Shown here one piece after another: positions 1-11,271 of a DNA stretch of 64,000 nt (position 1 is its first letter; each line of letters starts with the position of its first letter). The stretch is from Pristiophorus japonicus. Taxonomy: Eukaryota. A program made the position numbers and the translations under genes. A model generated the notes under the pieces. That model was not told the DNA's origin, did no database searches, and was given only the letters and a program-made list of their open reading frames with translations. The stretch covers positions 235,662,001 to 235,726,000 of the forward strand of contig NC_091982.1 of the NCBI RefSeq assembly GCF_044704955.1, read 5' to 3'.

Positions 1-502
1 CGAGCTGTACAAGCCGAGAACGCGATGAGGTGAAGTTCAGTTACAGTTTGGAAATCCCTGCGAGATTTACAAACTCTCTTTGTGAATGAGTGCAGTGCTG
101 GAATATAGTCCATTGTGTAGCACTGTATAGTCAGTCGTACATCGAATGGTCAGTTAGCAATCGTCAATCATCCAGTTCCTAGTATGAAAGTTGGACTTTG
201 AGGGACCAGATTGCATGGTGAAAGGGCTCGCTGCGTCACACCTATGGACACTCAACAACAGCGCTGAAGTGTTCACTTTTTTGTGTAAAATTCGTTATGG
301 TTTCTCTCTAGTTTTTCGCCTCTCCCAAGAGATCACCTGGCTTTCAGCTGAGGTGGGGAGTGTATATACCGGGATGCACAAGGCATCGCAGTTGTGCGAG
401 ACAGGCTGGATGGACCAATGGCTCTTTCCCTGTTCACCATTGTTTGCATATTTCCAGGGGAATGGTAGCACAGCGGTTATGTTACTGGACTGGACTGGAC
501 CC

Positions 503-700
503 ATAAGAACATAAGAAATAGGAACAGGAGTAGGCCATATGGTCCCTCGAGCCTGCTCCGCCATTCAATACGATCGTGGCTGATCTGATCATGGGCTTGG
601 CTCCACTTCCCCGTCCGCTTCCCATAACCCCTTATCCCCTTATCGTTTAAGCAGCTGTCTATTTCTGTCTTAAGTTTATTTAGTGTCCCAGCTTCCACAG
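503..700 (-). mobile_element. CR1 LINE 3' end fragment
   Basis: Minus strand encodes the CR1 ORF2 C-terminus (FKTEIDS..DKGIRGYG-like), then the 3' UTR hairpin and a (TTCTTATG)n-type tail. Confidence 0.8.
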
Positions 701-710
701 CTCATGGAGA

Positions 711-1072
711 CGTGAGTTCAAATCCCACTACGGCAGCTGGGGAATTTAAATTCAATTAAATAAATCTGGAATTAAAAGGCTAGAATCAGTAATGGTGACC
801 ATGAAACTGCCGGATTGTCGTAAAAACCCATCTATTTCGCTAATGTCCTTTAGGGAAGGAAATCTGCCGCCCTTACCTGGTCTGGCCTATATGTGACTCC
901 AGACCCACAGCAATGTGGTTGACTCTTAACTGCCCTCTAAACGGCCTAGCGAGCCACTCAGTTGTATTCAAGAAGGCGGCTCACCACCACCTTCTCGAGG
1001 GAAATTGGGACGGGCAATAAATGCTGGCCTTGCCAGTGACGCCCACATCCCGTGAATGAATTTTTAAAAAAA
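711..1072 (+). mobile_element. tRNA-derived SINE sharing its 3' tail with the LINE at 17055-19384
   Basis: B-box-like GAGTTCAAATCCC at the 5' end; 3' end GGCTCACCACCACCTTCTC...AATAAATGCTGGCCTTGCCAG matches the end of the 17-19 kb LINE. Confidence 0.7.
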
Positions 1073-1479
1073 GTTAATATTTGCATTGATGAATTGTGAC
1101 TCAGTTGCAGCTAAACAGGAATTTAACATGAGGGTTGATGTGAAGTGATGCATTGTGCCACTGGGTGGTTTTGAATACGGAGGATTGCAACAGTTACTGG
1201 CAGACACACCGCTACTCAGTAGCAATCATTTCCTGCAGTAACTTGACTGATTTCACTAACTTCTGTCCGTGGTCTGGTTACGGAAAGTCTGTGGTCATTG
1301 AGCGCTTGTCTCCCACAATTTAATTCACAAGGAAGTTTTTTAATGAAACCAGCCACGTCAGAATGCTGGTTGTACTGCACGTGGGAACACCAGCGGCAGG
1401 TCGGGGCCAGAACAGGAAGGGTGTGCGGCCCGGAAGCAGCATGGAGGCATATCACTGCAAGGGTACAGCGCGAGCTGGT

Positions 1480-1946
1480 GCAGGAGGGCGACGGCAGTGA
1501 AGAGTGACGTCATCAAGGTCCAGGTCGGTGATTGGAGCGTGGGCAGATGCAGCAGGAGCGGCAAGATCAGTGCGAAGGAGCTGTGAGAGGCTGTGGAGGG
1601 ATGTGATCGGGGCCCAGGAGAGACGTGAGTTCGGGGCCAGAGGCTCAGGAACAGGACTGGCCCAGCCCACACTGCGATACGTGTGCGCACTAGGCCCATG
1701 CAGCAGAGCTGGTCTCCAGTCGTCTTGGGTAATCCTTGCCACTGGACCAAGATCTAGCTCTGTCAAGCCCGTGTGGTGGCTGGTGTGCAACGGCCACCAC
1801 ACGTTAAAAAAAATCCATGCACAGGCATCTTCCACCCTTCAAGATGTAGTTCGGGTCCTTCATTGAAACATCTGCGAACTCATCCTTTTTTGGCGTGGAA
1901 GCAAGTCATCCTCGTTTCGAGGGACCGCCTATGATGATGATGATGA
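1480..1946 (+). mobile_element. Non-autonomous RTE-tailed element (SINE-like)
   Basis: Non-coding body ending in GTGGAAGCAAGTC..CCTCG..TCGAGGGAC.GCCTATGATGATG, the RTE 3' tail seen throughout the window; related copies at 35938-36285 and 52914-53150. Confidence 0.7.
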
Positions 1947-1955
1947 CTTGGGAAC

Positions 1956-2255
1956 TTATATATGCAGACTATAGATATACTCTGTGTAGTCACTGTATAG
2001 TTGCATGAGATGGAAACTTGTTACCTGATGTACTATCAACAAGGTTTACACTGTGTATATACTATGCTGGGACCACTAGAGGGTGCAACTGGTGGAGACC
2101 AGGGTTTCCTGCCCCGGTGGCAGGGGCTGTATAAAAGGGTAGCCACCATGTGGCTGCCTCACTCTGGAATTACGAATAAAGGACCAAGGTCACTACAGTT
2201 TGAGCACAACACATTGCCTCGTGGAGTCATTCATAAGTGCATTACAGACATAACA
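1956..2255 (+). mobile_element. Solo Gypsy-type LTR
   Basis: Flanked by 5-bp TSD GGAAC (1951-1955, 2256-2260); has TATAAAAG and AATAAA; 3' end ...GACATAACA resembles the LTRs at 21788 and 24827. Confidence 0.75.
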
Positions 2256-2608
2256 GGAACGGTGGGTAGGATGCGGGCAGGTGGCGTCCATCCCTTGCAA
2301 TGCTGCGTTAGTTGGTTTGGGAAGGGCATGTCGCTACAGGGGGAAATTTAAAGGAGGTTTGTACTGACGCTGCTCCTGTCCACTTCCAAACGGCAAATTC
2401 CAGAGCTAGTTTGAGAGCAGCTTCAAGGAAGGACAGGGTTGACTGGGCTACATCACCTTCCCAATTGCCCAATGGGAATTGCGTCAGATGCCGTCTCAGC
2501 CCATCAGGTGAAGAAATCAAAAGCACCAACCCATATCCTCTCTCTCCTTGTGGTTGTTCACACTTTAAGAAGAACTAGTGCTGCAGTGTCTAAAGTAAAT
2601 TCCTGTGT

Positions 2609-3072
2609 GTCAGCTGTGGCTCAGTGGGCAGCACTCTCACCTCTGAATCAGAAGGTTGTGGGTTCAAGCCCCACTCCAGAGACTTGAGCACATAAATCTA
2701 GGCTGACAGTCCAGTGCAGTGCTGAGGGAGCGCTGCACTGTCGGAGGTGCTGTCTTTCGGAAGAGACATTAAACTGAGGACCCGTCTGCTCTCTCAGGTG
2801 GACATAAATGATTCCATGGCACTATTTTTTGAAGAAGAAGAGCAAGGGAGTTATCCCCGGTGTCCCGGCTAATATTTATCCCCCAATCAACATAACAAAA
2901 ACAGATTATGTGATCATTATCACATTGCTGTTTCTGGGAGCTTGCTGTGTGCAAATTGGCTGCCGCGTTTCCCACATTACAACAGTGACGACACTTCAAA
3001 AGTACTTCATTGGCTGTAAAGCGCTTTGGGACATCTGGCGGTCGTGAAAAGCGCTATATAAATGCAAGTCTT
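2609..3072 (+). mobile_element. tRNA-derived Deu-domain-type SINE with L2-like tail
   Basis: A box TGGCTCAGTGG, B box GGTTCAAGCC, conserved central body, tail AAAGCGCTTTGGGAC...GCGCTATATAAATGCAAG; other copies at 20843, 44112 and 59577. Confidence 0.8.
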
Positions 3073-3303
3073 TGTCATTCAAACGAAGTCACTAATTTTG
3101 CGCATCACTTTAAAAATGCAACCAGTTGCATTATGAAACAAATGTGGAACGAAGAAAACTAAAAAGATATGTAGTTAAGAAAAAATCTGTTTAATATTCA
3201 CAAGTGTTATATTCTGCATCAAGTATGAAATCTTGGAAAACGGAACTGAGTGTTATTAGTTGAATTGGCTGAAATGTTGAGCTTTATGTAAATTACATAC
3301 TTT

Positions 3304-3583
3304 GGGCTCAATTTTCCCCAAAGCATTTTTTTGGCGTACTTGAAGAGTTATGCCCCATTTTTTGGGGCCCAAGTACGGCAAAAAAAAATGTTCTAAGTTT
3401 CCCCGTTGGATTTCTTCATTTTGGCGTGGATTAACCCGACCTTTAGTTTTGGGGGTGGAGCCTTGATCTGCGCCAAAAAGATCGGGCTGCCATGGTAACT
3501 AGGGACACAGTGCGAGCTGAGGCTGCAAAGTGAAGCATACAGCCAGCTCCCAACACACAGAATTGAAAAACACACAGCACCAA

Positions 3584-3638
<55 letters not shown>

Positions 3639-3925
3639 AACCGCCGACTTCCTTAACTCTCGAAGGTTTTTCTGCAGAGGCCACATACGCTGCCTAATCA
3701 GAACTGGAATAACTCTCAGCTGGCCAAACTTCCCTAAATCGCCAGAATTGGTGTCGGTAGCTGGTTACGCCCCCTTTGACTGAAAAAATACTGACTTAAA
3801 AAAATCGTAACTAACTGAGTTACGCTGGTACAAATTGATTGGGGAAGCTGTGGTTTTTCAACTTCGGCCAAAAAGAGCAGCCTGCTCCAAAAAAACGGTG
3901 CAAATCACTGGGGGAAATTGAGCCC
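3304..3925. mobile_element. MITE (PIF/Harbinger-like), containing a (TC)n microsatellite at 3587-3635
   Basis: TIRs GGGCTCAATTTTCCCC / GGGGAAATTGAGCCC with 3-bp TTT flanks; a second copy is inverted at 11272-11885. Confidence 0.75.
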
Positions 3926-6443
3926 TTTAACTTGCATTCTTTCCATTCTGTTATTACTAGGGTTCCTGTTATCGGCATTGCATGATCAAGAAGTTACTGG
4001 TTTTATGAAAGTTTGAAACAATTTTAAATAGAACAACATTTATTAGCTCCTTCTAGATTACAAACTCCAGATTGCGTGACTTGTACCTAACTAGTTGGTT
4101 AATTGCATCATTGATGCAGGACTTACAGAATCAAGAACGGTTACAGCGCAGAAGGAGGTCATTTGGCCCGTCGAGCCCGTGCCGGCTCTGCAAGAGCACT
4201 TCAGCTAGTCCCACTCGCCCGCCCCTACCCCGGAGCCTGACAAATAATTTTTCCTTCAGGTACTTATCCAATTCCCTTTTGAAAGCTGCGATTGAATCTG
4301 CCTCCACCACCCTTTCAGGCAGTGCATTCCAGATCCTAACCACTCTCTGGTCCCAAGGTGAAGTCTCAAATATCGCACTCAAACCAAAAAATAGATACAT
4401 CGTTATAAACGCAGTAGTTAATTTTAACTCGTTATTTAAGCAAAAACAATCACATGAGCATTCGATAAAAATAGAATATGCTGGAAACACTCAGCAGGTC
4501 ATCTGTGGAGAGAGAAACTGAGTTAACGTTTCAGGTTGGTGACCAGAAGTGGAAGGAATTAGCGATTTAACAGTTTTTAAGCAAGGGCAGAGCCCGGGGA
4601 AAATGATGAGGGGATGGGGGGAGGGGAGGAAAGAACTAAAGCGAAGATCTGTGATGGGGTGGAGGGCAGGAGCGATTTAAATGTCAAAAGGGATGGTCGT
4701 GCAAATGATGAGAACATAAGAAATAGGAGCAGGAGTAGGCCATTTGGCCCCTCGAGCCTGCACCGCCATTTAATAAAGATCATGGCTGATCTGATCTTGG
4801 CCTCAACTCCACTTCCCATAATCCTTGGCTCCCTTATCATTCAAAAATCTGATGGTGAGGAAACTCCCTCACTACTTGTTTAACTTCTCCTCCTTCGGAG
4901 TAAGCATGACTAACTGAAGGGTTGTTCATGGGAGGAATTAACTCAGGCAGCTACCATTAACGGCATTTTGGTTTTTACAAGTAAAGATTGCTCATCAGTT
5001 CCAGGTCTGGTTAAAAGGGGAGAAGAAGAATATGATGAATTTCATAGAATAGTACCGCACAGAAGGAGGCCATTCGGCCCATCGAGTCTGCGCCGGCTCT
5101 TTCGAAGAGCAATCCCATTAGTCCCGCCCCTCCGCTCTTTACCCATAACCCTTGCAACTTTTTCCCATTCAATTCCCTTTAGAAGGCCACTGTTGACTCT
5201 GCATCCACCACCCTATCAGGCAGTGCATTCCGAATCCTAAACACTCGTCGCGTAAAAAAGTTTCCCCTCACGTGGCCTCGGGTTCTTTTGCCGATCACCT
5301 TCAAATTTGAGCCAGAAAGTTATAGATTTGGCAAACGGGTTGCCTCCCCATCCCCTCCAACTGTTCACCCGCTAGTAAAAGTGAAGGGAAGAAACGCGGT
5401 GAGCAACATTGTAAGCGACCTCCAGCGATACACAAACAGGACCAGCTATTTTTTTTTGCACAAAGGATCACACAGCTTGAAAACTCTAGGCACAACATGT
5501 AATGTTTCTCCAGAATAATTGCCTCTGTCATTGATTTATTTATCTTTTTGCGCCATCAGCTTTTTAAAAAAAAATGTCTTCTTTGCCGTGAGATGTATCC
5601 CGGCATTGTATTGAGGCACAATTAGCGATACACAGCAGCGCATCTGATTTTTCATAAATTTAGGACGAGCTTGCATTTATATGCTGCCTTTTGTGTCCCG
5701 AGAATATCCCTTAAAAGGCTTTGTTAACCAATGTATTTAATGTTTGAAGTGCGGTCACTGTTTTGTAGGCAAATTCAGCAGACATTTTGCACACAACAGG
5801 ATGCCACGAGCAGCGGAGAAATGAATGGGTTGAATTACTGGTTAATCTGTTCTTGGTGTTCATTGAGGGATGTGTGTTGGCCAGGACACCGGGGAGATCG
5901 CCACTGCTCTCCCTATTTATTTATTTTTGGAATAGTGGAATCTTTTGCATCCGCTTGCAGCTGGTGCACTGGATGCCGCCACAAGATCCTGCAAATCCTC
6001 TGGGAGGACAGACGCACCAAAGTTGGCATCCTCTACCAGGTCAACATCCCCAACATTGAAACACTGACCACACTCGATCAGCTCAGCAGGGCAGGCCACA
6101 GTTCGCGTGCCCGACACGAGACTCCCAAAGCAAGCGCTCTACTCGGAGCTCCTTCACGGCAAACGAGCCAAAGGTGGACAGAGGAAACGTTACAAGGACA
6201 CCCTCAAAGCCTCCTTGATAAAGTGCAACATCCCCACTGACACCTGGGAGTCCCTGGCCAAAGACCGCCCTAATTGGAGGAAGCGCATCCGGGAGGGTGC
6301 TGAGCACCTCGAGTCTCATCACCGAGAGCATGCAGAAATCAAGCATAGAAACATAGAAACATAGAAAATAGGTGCAGGAGTAGGCCATTCGGCCCTTCTA
6401 GCCTGCACCGCCATTCAATGAGTTCATGGCTGAACATTCAACT

Positions 6444-9350
6444 TCAGTACCCCATTCCTGCTTTCTCGCCATACCCCTTGATCCCCCTAGCAGTAAGGAC
6501 CTCATCTAACTCCTTTTTGAATATATTTAGTGAATTGGCCTCAACAACTTTCTGTGGTAGAGAATTCCACAGGTTCACCACTCTCTGGGTGAAGAAGTTC
6601 CTCCGCATCTCGGTCCTAAATGGCTTACCCCTTATCCTTAGACTGTGACCCCTGGTTCTGGACTTCCCCAACATTGGGAACATTCTTCCTGCATCTAACC
6701 TGTCTAACCCCGTCAGAATTTTATATGTTTCTATGAGGTCCCCTCTCATTCTTCTGAACTCCAGTGAATACAAGCCCAGTTGATCCAGTCTTTCTTGATA
6801 GGTCAGTCCCGCCATCCCGGGAATCAGTCTGGTGAACCTTCGCTGCACTCCCTCAATAGCAAGAATGTCCTTCCTCAGGTTAGGAGACCAAAACTGTACA
6901 CAATACTCCAGGTGTGGCCTCACCAATGCCCTGTACAACTGTAGCAACACCTCCCTGCCCCTGTACTCAAATCCCCTTGCTATGAAGGCCAACATGCCAT
7001 TTGCTTTCTTAACCGCCTGCTGCACCTGCATGCCAACCTTCAATGACTGATGTACCATGACACCCAGGTCTCTTTGCACCTCCCCTTTTCCTAATCTGTC
7101 ACCATTCAGATAATAGTCTGTCTCTCTGTTTTTACCACCAAAGTGGATAACCTCACATTTATCCACATTATACTTCATCTGCCATGCATTTGCCCATTCA
7201 CCTAACCTATCCAAGTCGCTCTGCAGCCTCACAGCATCCTCCTCGCAGCTCACACTGCCACCCAACTTAGTGTCATCCGCAAACTTGGAGATACTACACT
7301 CAATCCCCTCATCTAAATCATTAATGTACAGTGTAAACAGCTGGGGCCCCAGCACAGAACCCTGCGGTACCCCACTAGTCACTGCCTGCCATTCTGAAAA
7401 GTACCCATTTACTCCTACTCTTTGCTTCCTGTCTGACAACCAGTTCTCAATCCATGTCAGTACACTACCCCCAATCCCATGTGCTCTAACTTTGCACATC
7501 AATCTCTTGTGTGGGACCTTGTCGAACGCCTTCTGAAAGTCCAAATATACCACATCAACTGGTTCTCCCTTATCCACTCTACTGGAAACATCCTCAAAAA
7601 ATTCCAGAAGATTTGTCAAGCATGATTTCCCTTTCACAAATCCATGCTGACTTGGACCTATCATGTCACCTCTTTCCAAATGCACTGCTATGACATCCTT
7701 AATAATTGATTCCATCATTTTACCCACTACCGATGTCAGGCTGACCGGTCTATAATTCCCTGTTTTCTCTCTCCCTCCTTTTTTAAAAAGTGGGGTTACA
7801 TTGGCTACCCTCCACTCCATAGGAACTGATCCAGAGTCAATGGAATGTTGGAAAATGACTGTCAACGCATCCACTATTTCCAAGGCCACTTCCTTAAGTA
7901 CTCTGGGATGCAGTCCATCAGGCCCTGGGGATTTATCGGCCTTCAATCCCATCAATTTCCCCAACACAATTTCCCGGCTAATAAGGATTTCCCTCAGTTC
8001 CTCCTCCTTACTAGACCCCCCGACCCCTTTTATAACCGGAAGGTTGTTCGTGTCCTCCTTCGTGAATACCGAACCAAAGTACTTGTTCAATTGGTCCGCC
8101 ATTTCTTTGTTCCCCGTTATGACTTCCCCTGATTCTGACTGCAGGGGACCTACGTTTGTCTTTACTAACCTTTTTCTCTTTACATATCTATAGAAACTTT
8201 TGCAATCCGTCTTAATGTTCCCTGCAAGCTTCTTCTCATACTCCATTTTCCCTGCCCTAATCAAACCCTTTGTCCTCCTCTGCTGAGTTCTAAATTTCTC
8301 CCAGTCCCCAGGTTCGCTGCTATTTCTGGCCAATTTGTATGCCACTTCCTTGGCTTTAATACTATCCCTGATTTCCCTTGATAGCCACGGTTGAGCCACC
8401 TTCCCTTTTTTATTTCTATGCCAGACAGGAATGTACAATTGTTGTAGTTCATCCATGCGGTCTCTAAATGTCTGCCATTGCCCATCCACAGTCAACCCCT
8501 TAAGTATCATTCGCCAATCCATCTCAGCCAATTCACGCCTCATACCTTCAAAGTTAGCCTTCTTTAAGTTCTGGACCATGGTCTCTGAATTAACTGTTTC
8601 ATTCTCCATCCTAATGCAGAATTCCACCATATTATGGTCACTCTTCCCCAAGGGGCCTCGCACAACGAGATTGCTAATTAATCCTTTCTCATTACATAAC
8701 ACCCAGTCTAAGATGGCCTCCCCCCTAGTTGGTTCCTCGACATATTGGTCTAAAAAACCATCCCTTATGCACTCCAGAAAATCCTCCTCCACCGTATTGC
8801 TTCCAGTTTGGTTAGCCCAATCTATGTGCATATTAAAGTCACCCATTATAACTGCTGCACCTTTATTGCACGCACCCCTAATTTCCTGTTTGATGCCCTC
8901 CCCAACATCACTACTACTGTTTGGAGGTCTGTACACAACTCCCACTAACGTTTTTTGCCCTTTGGTGTTCTGCAGCTCTACCCATATAGATTCCACATCA
9001 TCCAAGCTAATGTCCTTCCTAACTATTGCCTTAATCTCCTCCTTAACCAGCAATGCTACCCCACCTCCTTTTCCTTTTATTCTATCCTTCCTGAATGTTG
9101 AATACCCCTGGATGTTGAGTTCCCAGCCCTGCTCATCCTGGAGCCACGTCTCCGTAATCCCAATCACATCATATTTGTTAACATCTATTTGCACAGTTAA
9201 TTCATCCACCTTATTGCGGATACTCCTTGCATTAAGACACAAAGCCTTTAGGCTTGTTTTTTTAACACCCTCTGTCCTTTTAGAATTTTGCTGTACAATG
9301 GCCCTTTTTGTTCTTTGCCTTGGGTTTCTCTGCCCTCCACTTTTCCTCAT
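6444..9350 (-). CDS. CR1 ORF2: apurinic endonuclease + reverse transcriptase (968 aa from first ATG; frame is open further upstream)
   Basis: APE motifs LNARS, ITETW, YRPP, MGDFN, SDH; RT motifs [27 protein letters not shown]. Confidence 0.95.
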   Translation of the reverse strand: MRKSGGQRNPRQRTKRAIVQQNSKRTEGVKKTSLKALCLNARSIRNKVDELTVQIDVNKYDVIGITETWLQDEQGWELNIQGYSTFRKDRIKGKGGGVALLVKEEIKAIVRKDISLDDVESIWVELQNTKGQKTLVGVVYRPPNSSSDVGEGIKQEIRGACNKGAAVIMGDFNMHIDWANQTGSNTVEEDFLECIRDGFLDQYVEEPTRGEAILDWVLCNEKGLISNLVVRGPLGKSDHNMVEFCIRMENETVNSETMVQNLKKANFEGMRRELAEMDWRMILKGLTVDGQWQTFRDRMDELQQLYIPVWHRNKKGKVAQPWLSREIRDSIKAKEVAYKLARNSSEPGDWEKFRTQQRRTKGLIRAGKMEYEKKLAGNIKTDCKSFYRYVKRKRLVKTNVGPLQSESGEVITGNKEMADQLNKYFGSVFTKEDTNNLPVIKGVGGSSKEEELREILISREIVLGKLMGLKADKSPGPDGLHPRVLKEVALEIVDALTVIFQHSIDSGSVPMEWRVANVTPLFKKGGREKTGNYRPVSLTSVVGKMMESIIKDVIAVHLERGDMIGPSQHGFVKGKSCLTNLLEFFEDVSSRVDKGEPVDVVYLDFQKAFDKVPHKRLMCKVRAHGIGGSVLTWIENWLSDRKQRVGVNGYFSEWQAVTSGVPQGSVLGPQLFTLYINDLDEGIECSISKFADDTKLGGSVSCEEDAVRLQSDLDRLGEWANAWQMKYNVDKCEVIHFGGKNRETDYYLNGDRLGKGEVQRDLGVMVHQSLKVGMQVQQAVKKANGMLAFIARGFEYRGREVLLQLYRALVRPHLEYCVQFWSPNLRKDILAIEGVQRRFTRLIPGMAGLTYQERLDQLGLYSLEFRRMRGDLIETYKILTGLDRLDAGRMFPMLGKSRTRGHSLRIRGKPFRTEMRRNFFTQRVVNLWNSLPQKVVEANSLNIFKKELDEVLTARGIKGYGEKAGMGY

Positions 9351-9427
9351 CTCCTTTCTGTCTTTTGTTTTTGCCTCCTTTTTGTTTCCCTCTATCTCCC
9401 TGCATTGGTTCCCATCCCCCTGCCATA

Positions 9428-10375
9428 TTAGTTTAACTCCTCCCCAACAGCACTAGCAAACACTCCCCCGAGGACATTGGTTCCGATTCTGCCCAGGTGC
9501 AGACCGTCCGGATTGTACTGGTCCCACCTCCCCCAGAACCGGTTCCAATGCCCCAGGAATTTGAATCCCTCCCTGCTGCACCATTGCTCAAGCCACGTAT
9601 TCATCTGAGCTATCCTGCGATTCCTACTCTGACTAGCACGTGGCACTGGTAGCAATCCCGAGATTACTACTTTTGAGGTCCTACTTTTTAATTTAGCTCC
9701 TAGCTCCTTAAATTCATTTCGTAGGAACTCATCCCTTTTTTTACCTATGTCATTGGTACCAACGTGCACCACGACAACTGGCTGTTCTCCCTCCCTTTTT
9801 AGAATGTCCTCCACCCGCTCCGAGACATCCTTGACCCTTGCACCAGGGAGGCAACATACCATCCTGGAGTCTCGGTTGCGGCCGCAGAAACGCCTATCTA
9901 TTCCCCTTACAATTGAATCCCCTATCACTATCGCTCTTCCACTCTTTTTCCTGCCCTCCTGTGCAACAGAGCCAGCCACGGTGCCATGAACTTGGCTGCT
10001 GCTGCCCTCCCCTGATGAGTCATCCCCCTCAACAGTACTCAAAGCGGTGTATCTGTTTTGCAGGGGGATGACCACAGGGGACCCCTGCACTACCTTCCTT
10101 GCACTACTCTTCCTGCTGGTCTTCCATTCCCTCGCTGGCTGTGGACCCTTCTCCTGCAGTAAGACCAACTCGCTACACGTGATACTCACGTCATTCTCAG
10201 CATCGTGGATGCTCCAGAGTGAATCCACCTTCAGCTCCAACTCCGCAACGCGGACCGTCAGTAGCCGGAGGTGGACACACTTCCCGCACATGTAGTCGTC
10301 AGGGACACTGGTGTTGTCCCCGTGTTCCCACATGGTACAGGAGGAGCATATCACGTGACCGAGCTGTCCTGCCAT
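9428..10375 (-). CDS. CR1 ORF1p: N-terminal CxxC zinc finger/leucine zipper + SGNH esterase
   Basis: CSSC...CGKC, heptad leucines, IGDSIVR, CLPGA, HVGTND, DGLHL motifs. Confidence 0.93.
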   Translation of the reverse strand: MAGQLGHVICSSCTMWEHGDNTSVPDDYMCGKCVHLRLLTVRVAELELKVDSLWSIHDAENDVSITCSELVLLQEKGPQPAREWKTSRKSSARKVVQGSPVVIPLQNRYTALSTVEGDDSSGEGSSSQVHGTVAGSVAQEGRKKSGRAIVIGDSIVRGIDRRFCGRNRDSRMVCCLPGARVKDVSERVEDILKREGEQPVVVVHVGTNDIGKKRDEFLRNEFKELGAKLKSRTSKVVISGLLPVPRASQSRNRRIAQMNTWLEQWCSREGFKFLGHWNRFWGRWDQYNPDGLHLGRIGTNVLGGVFASAVGEELN

Positions 10376-10555
10376 GACTTAACCCTTAGATACACTTAAA
10401 TTGCCGACAACAATGTTAAAAGTTACTGACTAATAAAGAAAAAGAAAAACTACTCACCAATCAGCAGCCAATCACTTACCACGTTGGCTGTGACGTCACC
10501 TTTTGATTTCCTTCTACTTTTTTGCCTTCTCTCCCAGCTGGAGCTGCACCGCTAC

Positions 10556-10824
10556 GCCTCTCTGGACTCCCGCCTCTCTCGACGCTCCCCGGACTGCTGA
10601 GCCTTTTATAGGCCGCTGCCTCTCTGGACTCCCGCCTCTCTCGACGCTCCCCGGACTGCTGAGCCTTTTACAGGCCGCTGCCTCTCTGGACTCCCGCCTC
10701 TCTCGACGCTCCCCGAATTGCTGAGCCTTTTATAGGCCGCTGCCTCTCTGGACTCCCGCCTCTCTCGACGCTCCCCGGACTGCTGAGCCTTTTACAGGCC
10801 GCTGCCTCTCTGGACTCCCGCCTC
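10556..10824 (-). repeat. About 4.3 copies of a 62-bp monomer in the CR1 5' UTR
   Basis: Units start at 10556, 10618, 10680, 10742 and 10804; each full unit has CCTTTTA(T/C)AGG (TATAAAAGG or TGTAAAAGG on the element strand). Confidence 0.9.
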
Positions 10825-11271
10825 CGCACAGGCAGCGGAAAGAGCATGTGGCAAACCTGTCCCACCCTCCCTTTCCCTCAACGATTATCTGTCCCCCTGT
10901 AGACTGTGGCTTTTGTATTGGACTGTTCAGACACCCGAGGACTCATTTTAAGAGTGGAAGCAAGTCTTCCTTGATTCCGAGGGACTGCCTATGATGATGA
11001 TGATGACGGTCCTTGTTCGAACGCCTCGCCCGAAGGACGGCATGTGCGACATTGTAGCACTCCCTCAGCACTGCACCGATGTGTCAGTTTAGATGATGCA
11101 CTCAAGTCGCTGAAACCCAGCAGCGTCTGCTTTCGAGAGTGCCGTGACTGTGCCGAATCGGACACTTTCTTTTATCCGAGGTGACTCATTTGGCCTATTT
11201 CTTTCACTTAATACCTGCGCCCCACTCTCGGCCTAATCAATAATCCAATCTATGCATCCATGCAAAATAAT

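Larger units (their letters stand above)
6345..10824 (-). mobile_element. Full-length, apparently intact CR1 LINE
   Basis: 5' tandem repeats, ORF1 esterase, uninterrupted ORF2 (APE+RT), 3' hairpin and (TTTCTATG)n octamer tail. Confidence 0.95.
5970..11006 (+). mobile_element. RTE (BovB-like) LINE 3' fragment split by the CR1 insertion (pieces 5970-6344 and 10825-11006)
   Basis: MPDTRLPKQALYSEL..GGQRKRYKDTLK motif; sequence resumes after the CR1 and ends in GAGGGACTGCCTATGATGATG. Confidence 0.85.

Noticed and set aside
2611-2690. tRNA gene
   Set aside because: A/B boxes are the head of a SINE repeated elsewhere in the window.
8431-9456. 341-aa plus-strand ORF
   Set aside because: Antisense shadow of CR1 ORF2 with no recognisable domain.
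10556-10824. CRISPR-like array
   Set aside because: Tandem monomers without unique spacers, in a eukaryotic LINE 5' UTR.
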